DNA of 64,000 bases from assembly GCA_965644295.1 (NCBI GenBank), contig CBFFRP010000127.1, positions 186,001 through 250,000 of the forward strand, in the 5' to 3' direction. The translations under genes and the position numbers were made by a program. The notes beneath the pieces are model-generated. The model had not been told where the DNA came from. It worked only from the letters and a program-made list of their open reading frames with translations, and did no database searches. Shown here in pieces: positions 49,864-62,935 of the stretch (its first letter is position 1; each line of letters opens with the position of its first letter). Source of the stretch: Paraphysomonas bandaiensis. Its lineage: Eukaryota; Protista; Chrysophyceae.

Positions 49864-50616
49864 TTATGCTCTTCTGATTTTAATATCGTATACTCAATAA
49901 CTATATCATTCGTGATTGTACTCTAAAAATGAAATACGCGGCAATAATTCCATTATAGACTATAGATTCCATTATAGCTTGTTTAACATGAACACACACC
50001 ATAATCCTTTATAGTACTGTTTAACATAATTTTAAAAATTGATACTTATTATATTTAGAGTATAGATAATTATGTTAAACCATACTTCAACTGCCTTCAA
50101 GCTGTCATAATCAACTGCCTTACAAGTTGTCATTTGTCATAGTTCGAAATAAAAGCCTCCTGATATCCTTCTGTGCAAAGTTGATTATACCTGAGCGTAG
50201 ATGCATGAGCCCATATTGTCTAGAATCGTTGCTATTACTTGTTGTGGGATGCTTATGCCCTCCATGAAGCCCTGCAAGAGGATCCTGACATGACAGTGGA
50301 GAGTGAGAAGCAGTATTAACGATTCGCAATCTGTAGCTACAAGTTACACTAAATCTGTAATAAATGGAGCACTACACTATCTATATGAGCGGATCCATCT
50401 ACTTAGGCATTAATAGCCATTATAATTGTACTACATCCTAGCTATCTATGTTCTATTCCCTAATGCATAGTAGTTTACTTTGATAAAGGCTTGTGAGAGA
50501 GATAATAGCTTGATGTAGCACATGTGAACCACGTCATTAATTACACTACTTATAATATAACACATAACGAAACATTAATTCGTAAAGCAGTGACAGTTAA
50601 TTGGAAGGTTATATGC

Positions 50617-51978
50617 TTAGTACTCCTCACCGAAGTCCTCCTCCTCGCCTTCGCCCTCAGCAGTCTCAGCACCGACCTCTTCGTAATCCTTCTCAAGGGC
50701 GGCAAGATCCTCACGAGCCTCAGAGAACTCGCCTTCCTCCATACCCTCACCGACATACCAGTGAACAAAGGCACGCTTGGCGTACATAAGATCGAACTTG
50801 TGGTCAATGCGGGAGAGAGCCTCGGCAATAGCGGTGGTATTGGAAACCATGCACACGGCGCGCTGGACACGGGCAAGATCTCCACCAGGGACAACAGTTG
50901 GGGGCTGGTAGTTAATGCCGCACTTGAAACCGGTGGGGCACCAGTCCACGAACTGAACAGTTCTCTTTGTCTTGATGGTGGCCACAGATGCGTTCACATC
51001 CTTGGGGACAACATCACCTCTGTACATGAGACAGCAGGCCATATATTTGCCGTGACGAGGATCGCACTTAGTCATCATATTGCTGGGCTCAAACACAGAG
51101 TTTGTAATCTCAGCAACAGATAGCTGCTCGTGGTATGCCTTCTCAGCAGAGATGATAGGAGCATATGAGGTAAGCATAAAGTGGATACGAGGGTAGGGCA
51201 CCAAGTTGGTCTGGAACTCAGAGATATCCACGTTAAGAGCACCATCGAAACGAAGAGATGCAGTCAAAGAAGAAACAACCTGAGCAATAAGACGGTTCAA
51301 GTTGGTGTAGGTTGGGCGCTCAATATCGAGGTTGCGGCGGCACACATCGTAGAGAGCCTCGTTATCGAGACAGAAAGTGCAGTCAGTGTGCTCAAGGAGA
51401 GAGTGAGTGGAAAGCACGTGGTTGTAAGGCTCAACAACAGCGGTGGCCACCTGAGGAGCGGGGGTCACAGTGAAGGAGAGCTTTGACTTGCGGCCGTAAT
51501 CAACGGAAAGTCTCTCAAGGAGAAGAGATCCAAGACCAGATCCAGTACCACCACCAGTGGCGTGGAAGATCATGAATCCCTGAAGACCAGTACAGTTGTC
51601 AGCAAGTTTACGCACTCTGTCCAACACAAGATCAACAATCTCCTTGCCAATGGTGTAGTGTCCTCTGGCGTAGTTGTTGGCAGCATCCTCCTTGCCGCTG
51701 ATCACCTGCTCAGGGTGGTACAGCTGTCTGTAGGTGCCAGTGCGGACTTCGTCACATACACCAGGCTCCAAGTCAACCATCACAGCTCTGGGAACGTGTT
51801 TGCCAGCACCAGTCTCTGAGAAGAAGGTGTTGAAAGAGTCGTCACCGCCGCCAACGGTCTTGTCGCTGGGCATCTGGCCGTCAGGCTGGATTCCGTGCTC
51901 GAGGCAGTAAAGCTCCCAGCATCCGTTTCCGGCCTGAACACCGGCTTGTCCAATGTGAATAGAGAGGCACTCGCGCAT
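50617..51978 (-). CDS. TUBA: Alpha-tubulin, copy 2 (protein identical to copy 1)
   Basis: Same 453-aa translation as 27306-28667. Confidence 0.99.
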   Translation of the reverse strand: MRECLSIHIGQAGVQAGNGCWELYCLEHGIQPDGQMPSDKTVGGGDDSFNTFFSETGAGKHVPRAVMVDLEPGVCDEVRTGTYRQLYHPEQVISGKEDAANNYARGHYTIGKEIVDLVLDRVRKLADNCTGLQGFMIFHATGGGTGSGLGSLLLERLSVDYGRKSKLSFTVTPAPQVATAVVEPYNHVLSTHSLLEHTDCTFCLDNEALYDVCRRNLDIERPTYTNLNRLIAQVVSSLTASLRFDGALNVDISEFQTNLVPYPRIHFMLTSYAPIISAEKAYHEQLSVAEITNSVFEPSNMMTKCDPRHGKYMACCLMYRGDVVPKDVNASVATIKTKRTVQFVDWCPTGFKCGINYQPPTVVPGGDLARVQRAVCMVSNTTAIAEALSRIDHKFDLMYAKRAFVHWYVGEGMEEGEFSEAREDLAALEKDYEEVGAETAEGEGEEEDFGEEY

Positions 51979-52391
51979 GTTGTTGTTGTTGTTTGTGGGT
52001 AAGTTAACTCGCAAATGTTTGTCTTTGTCGAAGTAACGAAATTATGAATCACTGCACACTTCAAATCCTCTCATGCTCATGCCATTTGAAACCGACATAT
52101 CTTGAAGGGTCACAAGAAAATTAGAATCTTCAAGGATTTTTTATTATTTTCAGTTTATTGATGTCGGGGTCAGAAGTTTGTTTTCAGTTTTGTCGTTTGA
52201 AGATTTGAAGTATAATTGGCAGACCACAAGGCCTTGACACCATCAAATCACCTCCCATATAAGCTACAGCTATATTACGACTGGATTTAATTTACTTAAC
52301 TTCTGTTTAGCGCATTGAATAGGATAGGACAGGTTAGTGCTGCCTTCGGTATATAATTTTTATTTTCTTTGTAATTTCCTATTCAGTTGAA

Positions 52392-52907
52392 ATGGGAAAG
52401 GATCACAGAGTTACCCTTAAGAGTCGCCATGCGTACCGCACTCTTTCAAACAGAGTGAAGACCATCAAGACCCCTGGTACGATGTTTTGGTAGACCAAAA
52501 GATGTAATTGATTGGAATAATCTAGGTGGCCGCTACACCTCTCAGCTTATTGCCAAGGCAAGAAAGGGCCCCATCTGCGGTGATTGTGGCATTTCTCTTC
52601 CTGGGGTAAGCAACATATGACTATATATCATAATGATAATAATAACATCTTATATATTAGATCAAGCACATGAACTCTAATGAGTTCAAGAACGCCAAGA
52701 AGCGTGAGAAGACTGTCTCTCGTGCCTACGGTGGATCTCGCTGCGGAAACTGTGTCAGACAAAGGTTAGTTCCTATTTTCTCACTCTATGTTGTTGTGAT
52801 ATGTTCTTTACTACTGTAGAATTGTTCGTGCTTTCTTGATTGAGGAGCAGAAGATTGTGAAGAAGGTCTTGGCCGAGAAGTCGAAGAAGACCAAGAAGTC
52901 TGATTAA
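52392..52907 (+). CDS. RPL34: 60S ribosomal protein L34 (eL34), four coding exons, missing from the ORF track
   Basis: MGKDHRVTLKSRHAYRTLSNRVKTIKTP|GGRY...PICGDCGISLPG|IKHM...TVSRAYGGSRCGNCVRQ|RIVRAFLIEEQKIVKKVL. Confidence 0.95.
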
Positions 52908-53310
52908 ATTTCTCATGGAAAATACTGTACTTATCCCTTAATAATGGAGCTATCCTTAACACTTACATTGTTGCGACCCACTCCATGAGCGTTTCCTACT
53001 GTAGTTATTGTTGCATATTTCTGTTGTCAACTCATTATGCAGTCCCGTATTTGATCCCCGCTTACAACTTACAATTCCGTGATTGCAAACGGTGCTCGAT
53101 AACTTTTCTCATTATACAAAATACGAAGAAGGGCATGTTGTTATCAATAACCACTCTCTGCAGTTCGGCTCAACTGTATGATATATTATACATTCCTTAG
53201 TTCAAACTATATAAAATTCAATCTATCAGAAGCAGCTAGATTGTTGTTTCTGGCTTAACCCTTTAAGGGTTCTGGTAATATATTAAATCATTGTCACGGT
53301 AATATATTGA

Positions 53311-53550
53311 CCCTACTAAATTTAACCGCTGTTCCTACTATATACTATAATTAAAAAGTGCCATTTGTTTCTACTATATTTTGCTGACGTTCCTATTAAA
53401 TTAATAAGTCAACTCAGCCTACTAATTGTTTCAGACATTCCTTCTAAGTTAATTTTTTTTTATTATACTAAATTTCAATACGGCTCAACTGCTATTTTTA
53501 TTTTAGTAGGAACAAATGGTAAATCTAGTAGGTTTAAACATGACACCAGG
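53311..53550. repeat. Palindromic MITE-like family B, copy 2
   Basis: Aligns with 15060-15285 through the shared ggtttaaa..atgacacca end. Confidence 0.8.
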
Positions 53551-53855
53551 CATTGGCATGACAGGTTATTCTCTGAAATTATAGTTCACAGCACTATTTG
53601 TTAATATGTCGGTAGCTTGCAAGGCATCTTGATCTAGAGCATTGGAGTTGGCATAGCGTTTCCTACACTTACAACTCATTTTTCTATCTCTCTATCTTTG
53701 CTTATATTTCAATAACGAGTGTGTGGTATCAAGAATATATATATTATGATATATAATCAGCATTGTAACAAAAATCTCCATTCAAACACTTCTGTTACCC
53801 CGCCTCCCGCACGCACAAACGAATTTCCCAGCTACATGATAGTTACAGTTACCAC

Positions 53856-54627
53856 CTAGGCATCACCAGCAGTATCAAGAGCCATATTCAATTCCGTAAC
53901 TCTAGCAGCGATTGATAAATCCATAACTTTATCACCAATTAAAATCTGTAGCCCACCAATAATATTTGAATCCTCCTTAAAGGTGAGGTCAACCTTCTTC
54001 CCCTTGCCAATCATGGACATGACGGCGTTCTCAACATCCTTCGCCTGCTGCTTTTTGAGCGGTTCCGCGCTGATAATAGTAGCAGTGACATTTCCGCGGG
54101 CGGTATCCCTGAGCTCAAAGAATGCACTTGCAACCTATAATACGTAAAAAGCCGTGGTGAAAGTGATATTCTAGAGCTACCTTGCCAGCGTCGGCAATTC
54201 TTCCGTTGGCAGACATTGTCATGAGCAAGTTTGTGGTAATGCTGGAAATTTTCTTCTGGCCAAGAATTTCGCCAACCTATTCAGGTGTTTACATACAATA
54301 TTATAGCTCGATATTTCCATACCAATGATGCTTTCTCACCGCGTGAAACGGTGGGATTGGCGAGATAAGCAGCAAAAGTAGGACTTTTGTCAAGGGTGGT
54401 AGTAAATGCCATTAATTCATTCTCTACTTTATCCAACACACCCGCCTAAAGCGAATAATAAATGAAATGAACATAAACCCAGTTATACAGACCTTGCTGG
54501 CTGCGGTGTATACGGCACCGGCATAGCGGCCTGTGGTGCCATGCAGTCTCTTGGGGGGAGCATGAGCTGCTTCTGAACAAAATGTTCTCACACTGGAACC
54601 GATTCTAGCAATACCACCACGCAACAT
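53856..54627 (-). CDS. ATP5O: Mitochondrial ATP synthase subunit OSCP, multi-exon
   Basis: Transit peptide; LHGTTGRYAGAVYTAASK; NPTVSRGEK; RGNVTATIISAEPL; SNIIGGLQILIGDKVMDLSIA. Confidence 0.93.
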
Positions 54628-55177
54628 ATTCTCTTATGCTCTATATAAACACACTAATGTAGTATATGGTAATGTAATGAGAACACCACACACCCCTATC
54701 CCATCCATATGTATACAACGACGATACATACACACTCGACATACGCCACCATAAAAAAACACAGCACACTCAAGTAAAAACTGAAAAAAAATGCAGTGAA
54801 TCTTAAATCGGCAATTTTCAGTGGAGATGGCCATACGTACAATCCCAGTCCATACTGCCTACAATCACAATGCAGGGCAGATATCCACATCTAGACATCG
54901 AGGTATCTAGAGGACTGGACACGAGAATTGTCAGTGGACGGTGCATGTGAATAAAGAGACAGTACTATTGCTCAGTCTCTCTATCCGTCTCTATCAGGGA
55001 AACGATCTGTATCGAAAACAACAACAGCATGAATCGAAGGGCAGCACTAAAGAAACAGCTTCAGAGACACCAGCGTATTGAATTCGTGCTTTCCATATAA
55101 AATAAACATCACTAACTGATTCTTACTAACTACTAACTGATGACACGTGTTCTCGATACTTCGGTAATGTATTTGTC

Positions 55178-55438
55178 CCTACAAAATTTCACCGATATTC
55201 TGATTAAACTAAAAAGTGCCATTTGTTCCTTCTAAAATTACTGACGTTCCAATTATACTAAAAGTGGCAGGTAAGTATACTAAATTCCAGAGATTCCTAC
55301 TAAGTTACGAATTTTAATTGATTCTATTAAAAATAAATACGGCTCAACTGCCATTTTTAGTTTAGTAGGACCATCTGCAAAATTTAGTAGATACTAATGG
55401 CACTTCTTAGTTTAGTAGGAACAAATGGAAAATTTAGT
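55178..55438. repeat. Palindromic MITE-like family B, copy 3
   Basis: taaactaaaaagtgccatt near the left end and aatggcacttcttagtttag near the right end form an inverted pair; aligns to copies 1 and 2. Confidence 0.8.
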
Positions 55439-55681
55439 CTCGATACTTTTCTAAAGCACAGATACTATACACAGAGGAATACTTCCATATTTTGGAATAC
55501 TATATTCTATACTCAGGTGGATATGATGTTCGATACATCTATGTAACAATCCACAACTGCAGCTTCTTTCATGTGAAAAGTGTACAGATGGACCGCGAAT
55601 AGTAGCTATAACGCTTCGTTATTAAGTGGATCATTGCTTACTACGTTATAGACTACAACTCATTCAGGAATGCTACGAAAT

Positions 55682-58162
55682 CTACTTTCTTCGCTTATAT
55701 TTACTCTTACTCTTAAATGACTTGTGTCCTAACTTTCCTCCCTTGCGGAGCTTCTTGTTTGGGTCGAATTCTGAAAACTCACTTTCTTTGGCCTGCTTTT
55801 GAAGTACTTTCTTCTTCACTTTAATTCCACCAGTGCTGCCATTCCAGTCATTCATATCGTGGTCAAGACCACCCACAGCGAAAACAGGTCGCCGAACTTT
55901 ATCAGCTTTCGCTTTCTTTGAAATGTCTGATGGAGTTTTCTCTTTCAGCTGTTCAGCGTTTTCTCTCCTGGATACCTTAGCGCGCTTTACTGCCGCCTTA
56001 TTTTGCACACCTAAATATTTATATCACAACTATAAAAAAATTACATATTGACACCCACTTTCTTCTTCGATCTCCTTGAGGGCTTCGATTCGCCTTCTTT
56101 TCTTTCTCGACAACCGGTGTTCTTTACTTTTACTTTTGGTCTCCTCGTCATCACGGTACTCATCCCGTAAGGCCATTTCCCTTATGCGCTCCTCTTCAGT
56201 CATAGTAGCTTCTCCACGGGCAGCGAGACTCTCTTCCTTAGCTCGCATGCGACTGGCTTCTTTTACGGCTTGTTTCTGAGTCTCTGTTTGATACCACGTT
56301 CGAGCTGGTCTGCTGTGAATTTCATCCTCATGCATAAGAAGATTCTCTGCACGCTCCGCCTCACGCAGTGCAGTGTCTGTTTTCGCCTTCATTTTCTCTT
56401 CTCTATAGTACTGTGTAATAGCATCCTCTAATGATGCAATTTTGGCAATATAGTGAGAGATGACGGCGGCCGGGATAGTACGACTAAGGACATTGATTCC
56501 ACCTTGCTTACTTTGCGCAGCACCAGAGGCGTCCGATTTAAGAAGATCTTTCATGACCTTTCGTCTTCCATCACTGACTAATGTCACTGATCTACCATTT
56601 CTGCCTGCACGAGCCGTACGCCCAACCCTATGAACGTAAGTGCTTGTGGACCTCGGCATCTCAGCGTTAAGCACAGTCTGCACAGCAGATATATCTAGCC
56701 CTCTGGCAACAACATCCGTCGCAATAAGTACTTGGCACTCTCCCCGAGTAAAACGAAGCAATGCTTGTTCCCTCTGTGGCTGGGTCATATCTCCATGCAG
56801 CTCGCAGGCTGCCACGCCGGAATCGAGAAGTGTAAGCAACACGAAGAACCTATGTGCATCCCTCTTCGTCTCAAAGAACACGATTGCCCTCTGATTGAAG
56901 GTACGGCACACAAGTGCTGCCAGCATTGCCTCTTTGTCCTCGTCCCGCCTCACTCGCACGAATTCCTGCACTAGTCGAGGAGCGACGGTGGTGGCGTCCC
57001 CTTGCGTCTTAATACGCACTGGACGCTTAAGAGAAAGACGCGCAAGGTCGTCCACACCTGAGGTCATGGTCGCAGAGAATAACATGGTCTGCCTTGAATG
57101 TGGGCAATATTTTACGATTTCCTCTACCTCTTCTTGGAACCCAAGGTCCAGCAACCTGCACCAGTATCATCAAGATCGTGTCCCCGCCAAAAGCAGGTGT
57201 ACTCACCTGTCTACTTCATCCAGCACAAGGACATCAAGATCGTCCAGTGTAACGGACCTACTATTCCGCAAGTGATCTATTATTCTACCAGGAGTACATA
57301 CGACGACGTCGGGTCGATTTCGTAGAGTAGTTTCCTGAGAGCGCAAGTCCTTCTTACCACCACAAATCAGAGCGCAGGTGACGTCTGTGAACTGCGCTAG
57401 CTTCAGCAGTACAGAGTATATCTGTGTTGCCAGCTCTCTTGTAGGAGTGACCACCAACACACGGATAGCAGTTGCATCTCGAGGGCGGAAGAGCAATCGT
57501 TCTAGGAAGGGAAGAGCAAATGCGGCGGTTTTACCAGACCCAGTCAACGCACTGGCACAGATATCTCTTCCGGCTAGTGCAAATGGAATAACCTTTGCTT
57601 GTACAGGTGTAGGGTTAACATAGCCACATGCCTCTACTGCACGTAGCAACGATCGGCTTAAGTTAAGTTCTATCAAAATATTAGTGCTTAGTGGTTCCAG
57701 GTGTAGTCACAGACCTGAAAACATACTACCCCCAGCACTGGTGTCTGCCTCTTCAACAATACTATCGAAGTAAGAAGCCTCCGTCTCGGCGTCCATACCT
57801 ACAGGCTCCTCGACTACATCCCTCTTTCCCTTGGCTTTTTCCTTTGCTCGGATGGCTCTTTCCTCTATATAAAAATTCGATGGCGAGATCAATGACATCA
57901 AAATCATTTATGCATTACAAGCAGAAGACTCACCAGCATGCGGCATATCTCTGATATGGTCAGTAACAGCATCCATTTCTCCATTTGACACAGCGCTCTT
58001 TGTAGTCTTCATGCTTTTTTCTCTCTCTCTGCGCTGCTGCTGTTTGGAGGAATATCTGCCATCATCATACTCCAGTGTCAGGGACTCCTCCTCCTCCTCC
58101 TCTGACACTTCCTCGGGAGAAACCTCATCATCAGACTCTATTGTAAACTGTGGGGGATCCAT
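55682..58162 (-). CDS. DRS1: DEAD-box RNA helicase DRS1/DDX27, multi-exon
   Basis: ELNLSRSLLRA, ALTGSGKTAAFALPFLERLLFRP, PTRELA, DEVD, SAT, HRVGRTARAGR, DDX27-type EIHSRPARTWYQT and the SFKSKSKYKRR tail. Confidence 0.93.
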
Positions 58163-58557
58163 TCTGTTATGAAAGATGTTCTGCAGGCTTTAATGCAATG
58201 CAAGAACTGTCCGATGACTTGATAGCTACGGAGTCGAGCACTGTTCCATATATATCACATCACTGAATGGTTGGTAGGGACCTGGTATACGATTGTTATA
58301 CCGCTGTATATGCAGATATATGAGATGGATGCATGTACCTATGTACGTTCTGTACCTATGCATCTACCTTTGTACAGTATGTAGCTATGTACCTATGTAC
58401 GTATGATGTCGATATTGTGTAGGTGTATGTACGTATATACTATATAGTCGTGGTGTTCTTCTTGCTTCTTAAGTGGTGGAGTGGTGGATGGGTGTAGATA
58501 TATGTGCATAGAGGTAATTGCTGAGTGTGACTATATATACGATATCTTATTGGCACT

Positions 58558-60619
58558 ATGAGGCTCAGTAGCAGTGACCCTCCTGTTATAACCCGCCGCT
58601 ACGGCATACTATACATCTGTATGAAGCTACGTCACATGATGTCTCTAGTGTGGGTCCACAGCCAGATATGCTGGAGACTCCTGTGCAGACTACTCGGCTT
58701 CCTCGTTAGAGGCTCTAAAGTATGGATCGTCATGACTCTGCGGCTTATAGCGTTCGTGATTCTATTGGCTCCTGGTTGGGTGGCTCTCATGCGTTATTAT
58801 GTGTTTGACTCCTTTATTATACGCAATATTGAATACGGTAAAGGGGCCAAGTATCGCAATCTATTGGATGTGTATCTCCCGCGACCATACAATCCTGGCG
58901 CACCTTCACAGAAGCGCAAACGACAAGGACAAGTCCCAGTTATTGTATTTGTGAGTGGGGGAGCTTGGATCATTGGGTACAAACTTTGGTCTGCTTTAAT
59001 GGGGCGGGAATTTGCTCGCCAAGGTTATGTTGTTATTGTGCCAGATTATAGAAACTTCCCACAGGGGAATATCGAAGATATGATGGATGATTTGAGAGGG
59101 GCTTTACAGTGGACAATCTGTAATTGCAGCATGTTTGGAGGCGACCCGAATCGCATCATGCTATCAGGACAAAGTGCCGGGGCTCACATCAGTCTGTGTG
59201 CTTTAGTTGAGCTATATGAAGAGAGTCAACGGCAGCGTCGTTCCACTGATGAGGCTGATACTGCAAGGCTAGGTGTGATTCAGAATACTCCAGCAATTGT
59301 ATCCGCTGTTCCTATCAAGGGTAATGATGTACCCGGCATACCAACTCCTATTACAGGGTCAAGTGCTCGAAGCTGCCGAAGTTCTTCTGAAGGAGACGGG
59401 GGTAGTTTTTGGTGGGACGTGGACTCAAGTCCAAACTCTTGTGAAGGAACTCCTGTTGATGCATCCCATAGTAGTGATGTGTTGCCCGAGTTACAGCATA
59501 CTAACAGTGACGATGACAGTGCAGATTTCCTGGACACTCGTGATTGCGCTGATACTCCTGACGTAGGGTTGAACTGTGACCCTGCTCTAGATACAATAAA
59601 CTCGGAGGTATCATCACCACCTACTCGCACACGGAGTGCAAGTTCCCCACTTCCTCATCCACTCCCCCAGGAATTAAACATGTTGGGACAAACGGAATAC
59701 TCTTCTAATTTAATTAATGAGACTGCAATGCACAATATGGATTTTTATGCCCGCGATCTTCATATATCTGATATCAAAATGTGAGTTTATCTATTAATTG
59801 GAGCCCAGAAGTCATGTTTTTACGTTGTTTTGTCCACAAATATCTCTCTTTGTAGCGAAGTGCATTGATGTATTGCAATTGTAGTCTGTACTTTTACGTA
59901 CTTTTTGTAGGTTCATTGGTATATCTGGACCTTATAATATGGTTCGTCTGCTACACCATATGCATCTACGTGGTCTGGATGCTTCTATTTTGCATATCGT
60001 ATTCAATTCAGATGTATCCCGGTATTCCCCAGTGCAGAGACTGGCTGCAATGGCGGGTCTTCCTCCACCCAAGATCCAAGGAGAGGAAGACGATAATAGT
60101 GTGCTTCGGATGACGTATAACAGTTTTTACGCCTACATTTTTGGAGTTGAGGCTGATATGTATCCTGCGCAATCTTCTGTACCCGGTATGAGTGGGCTGG
60201 ATGCAATTACTTCCACTTTTAGTAAAAACGTTAGAAGGGAGCACACAGAATCGAATGGACCGTCGAATGGAAGAAATCTTGATGGCTTCCCACAGGTGGC
60301 TCTGTTTCATGGCGGGAAGGATAATAGTATACCATCGTCAGTGTGCGATGAGCTCTACGAAGTACTAACTCAATGTGGTGTTCCTGTGTCTAGCCGTGTG
60401 TATCCGACAATGTCTCATACCGATCCTATACTAGAGAATCTGTTGGCAGGGGAGACCCAACTGGTGGATGATATCACGGATATTATTGAGCGAAAATACG
60501 CCCCTATATACGACGATAGAAATACCAAACGATCAGACAGAGATGACTTGAGGGAGGATGCGCCTATAATGGTTTCGAAGAAACTTATCTACCTCGCCCG
60601 CATCATGAATCCGTTCTAG
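58558..60619 (+). CDS. Isoprenylcysteine methylesterase (ICME)-like alpha/beta hydrolase
   Basis: RNLLDVYLP, VFVSGGAWIIGYK, PDYRNFPQG, GQSAG nucleophile, intron ~59782-59910, FIGISGPYN, LFHGGKD..., SHTD. Confidence 0.85.
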
Positions 60620-60929
60620 TTGCTCCAGACAGAAATACAGAAAGGATTTCGTATATATTTGTAGTCTTAGCGGCATTTATGTTGAAGTTACATAATACGC
60701 TATGTTGTCACGAGAGTAATACGGGCATGCTTTGTAAATGCTAGTGTTATATTATTTATAGTCAGTATAGATTTACTGGTTTTTAATTATATATATTTTG
60801 AATATGGCCTACAGAGAAATAACCAACTTTATTGTCGAATTACAGTTCTATATGTTTGGTTTCAATTTCAGTCTGTATTATATATTACATTAAATGCGAT
60901 GTTGTGTACACAGTAGGATTATCAGCAAT

Positions 60930-61580
60930 AGACGTGTAAGAGTCAGAACTAATGTAGCAAAACAATTTAACTCAGTAGTGCCTACTGAAGTCAAGCATAC
61001 TGAAATAGTAGAATATCACACACATACAAGCGGAAAGGGCAGCCGGGCGCTTCTTGTGCCGCATATTAGGCATCCCACTTGCGCCGGGAAGGCGCTCCGT
61101 ATCGTAATAAAACTCTTTCTTTTCACTCTAAGTTTCCATCCTTTTCACTATAATATTATCTATAATAATATTAATAATATACACCACTGCCCTCCAAGAC
61201 GTACTGACTGCTCATATTCATGTCCGGGTCTGAACTATCTCACCACACTTGTAGTTATAAAATCTTGAGCATCGTCACACTTGAGCACCAATTCCTTCAC
61301 TCGGCCGCTACTTCAGGATTGTCGACTTTGTACATCACGTGTGCAATGGAAGGGTCTCTAATAAATATGTTAAACGAGAAACCATATAAGCGCAGGAGCA
61401 AAATTACCTTCAGGTAATTTTAGGAGGGGATTAAAGGGAGGTTCTACATGTTGAGGGTGTGAATCACTTTCGCACAGCTGCGGGATTAGACAACATATAC
61501 TCTTTCCGTCTTCATGAGGCTAGAATTGTCGTGCCCGCACTACTATATTCCTGGATAGCCAAATATAGTGCTCAGGATAT
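60930..61580 (+). mobile_element. Second decayed Copia relic
   Basis: 60933-60972 matches 31708-31744 (cgtgtaagagtcaga.ctaatgtagcaaaa), and 61545-61580 (tattcctggatag...agtgctcaggatat) matches the Copia RNase H region at about 32798-32830. Confidence 0.55.
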
Positions 61581-62560
61581 ATATTGAAAGTCTTTTTATT
61601 TATCAATAGGCGTTGAGAACTCGTTCCAATATAGTGGCTAGTTGAATGCTAGACATACTAGTTAGACCTCTACCCATAACTAATCAGCACAAATTCTATT
61701 ATCCTACTAGTTAGCGCTACAGAAGCTGCTTGTGCAACCACTTCCGTTCTTGAAGTTGTTTTTGAGTTTCGCCCTGCTCGTGTGTCTGAGGACTCACTGG
61801 CGCGTATTGTGCGGGGGTCTCCCCTTGGGATAAGGTTCCGCCTGGCTCGGAGGTACAGGGTTCTGTATTAAGGTCCTGAGTGTACCGAGCACTAGATGTG
61901 TGTGCTGAGAGGTTGATGGTGTGGTGGAATGTGGCGGTGTCTCCGTGCACCGTCTGGGCGTCAGGCATAGGTGGAGTTGCCGGAGACGGCGTCGCCGCTG
62001 TCTAGGGCCTGATGGTTTCATACGGTCCGGTGCTATGGTCCTTGGCGTATGATTGGTGGGGTTCATATGTGCGGTGGGCGGTGATCCAGTCTCGGTTCGT
62101 AGTAATCTTAGCACCCTTGGGCGTTTCCATTTCTGTCTATTATGTTTTGGACGCGGTCGCGGTAGTAGCCTAGGGGGTCCTTTCTGTAGGGTAACGTATC
62201 GTCTACTTCGATCTAGGATCATTAGCTTTGCTGCAGCGAAAAGCGGTAGAAGCAATTTGATGACCGCTGATTCGATGCTGCGCAGTCCTTGGGGTGTCGG
62301 TGACACATGGATGTGATCTCCAAAAACCGTCTCGAGTTGTGCAGTTGTGATATATGGTACCCGTCCAAAATCTCTCCACCTGTGGAACGGAGGGATTCCA
62401 GGCCCTGCTGGAGAGCCGCTGTAGTACAGTGGTGATCGATTGGGGTAGTACCGGATTTCTCAGTTCTTCTTGAAGCGCATTTTAATGGCTGTGAAATGCA
62501 GACTCCCTTATCTGCGTTATGGCGTCATTTGTACAGTCTAGACACATGTGCTTGAGTACT
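61581..62560 (-). mobile_element. 5'-truncated non-LTR retrotransposon, copy D
   Basis: LKHMCLDCTNDAITQIRE and RAWNPSVPQVERFWTGT match copy A at the protein level; ends PYPKGRPP...*; conserved tail with a 22-nt deletion. Confidence 0.85.
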
Positions 62561-62935
62561 TATCCTCCAGAACACCACGAAAAGGTGCGAGTCCGACTTT
62601 GTTGAGGGAGCAAATTCAGTTACTAGTTCACCAGATGTGGCATAAATATGATGTAAAGTGATTAGATTAATAATTATAACGCTTCTTGGAAGTGCGCTGT
62701 GTGATACAAAGCAAGTTCAAAGATTACGTGAAGAACATGATTAACTTTAGTGAAATAAAAGTCCAATACTGTCAGAAAAATATATCAAAAAATTTAGTGA
62801 TTTTTTATACAAACTGCAATCATATAATAGTTGGTAATTTATTTATACATGTATCCTGCACCACACTATACGGTTGGCGTCATTCGGTCGAATATCCAAA
62901 TAGATTCATAGTTTCTTCCAGCGTCCGGATAAAAT

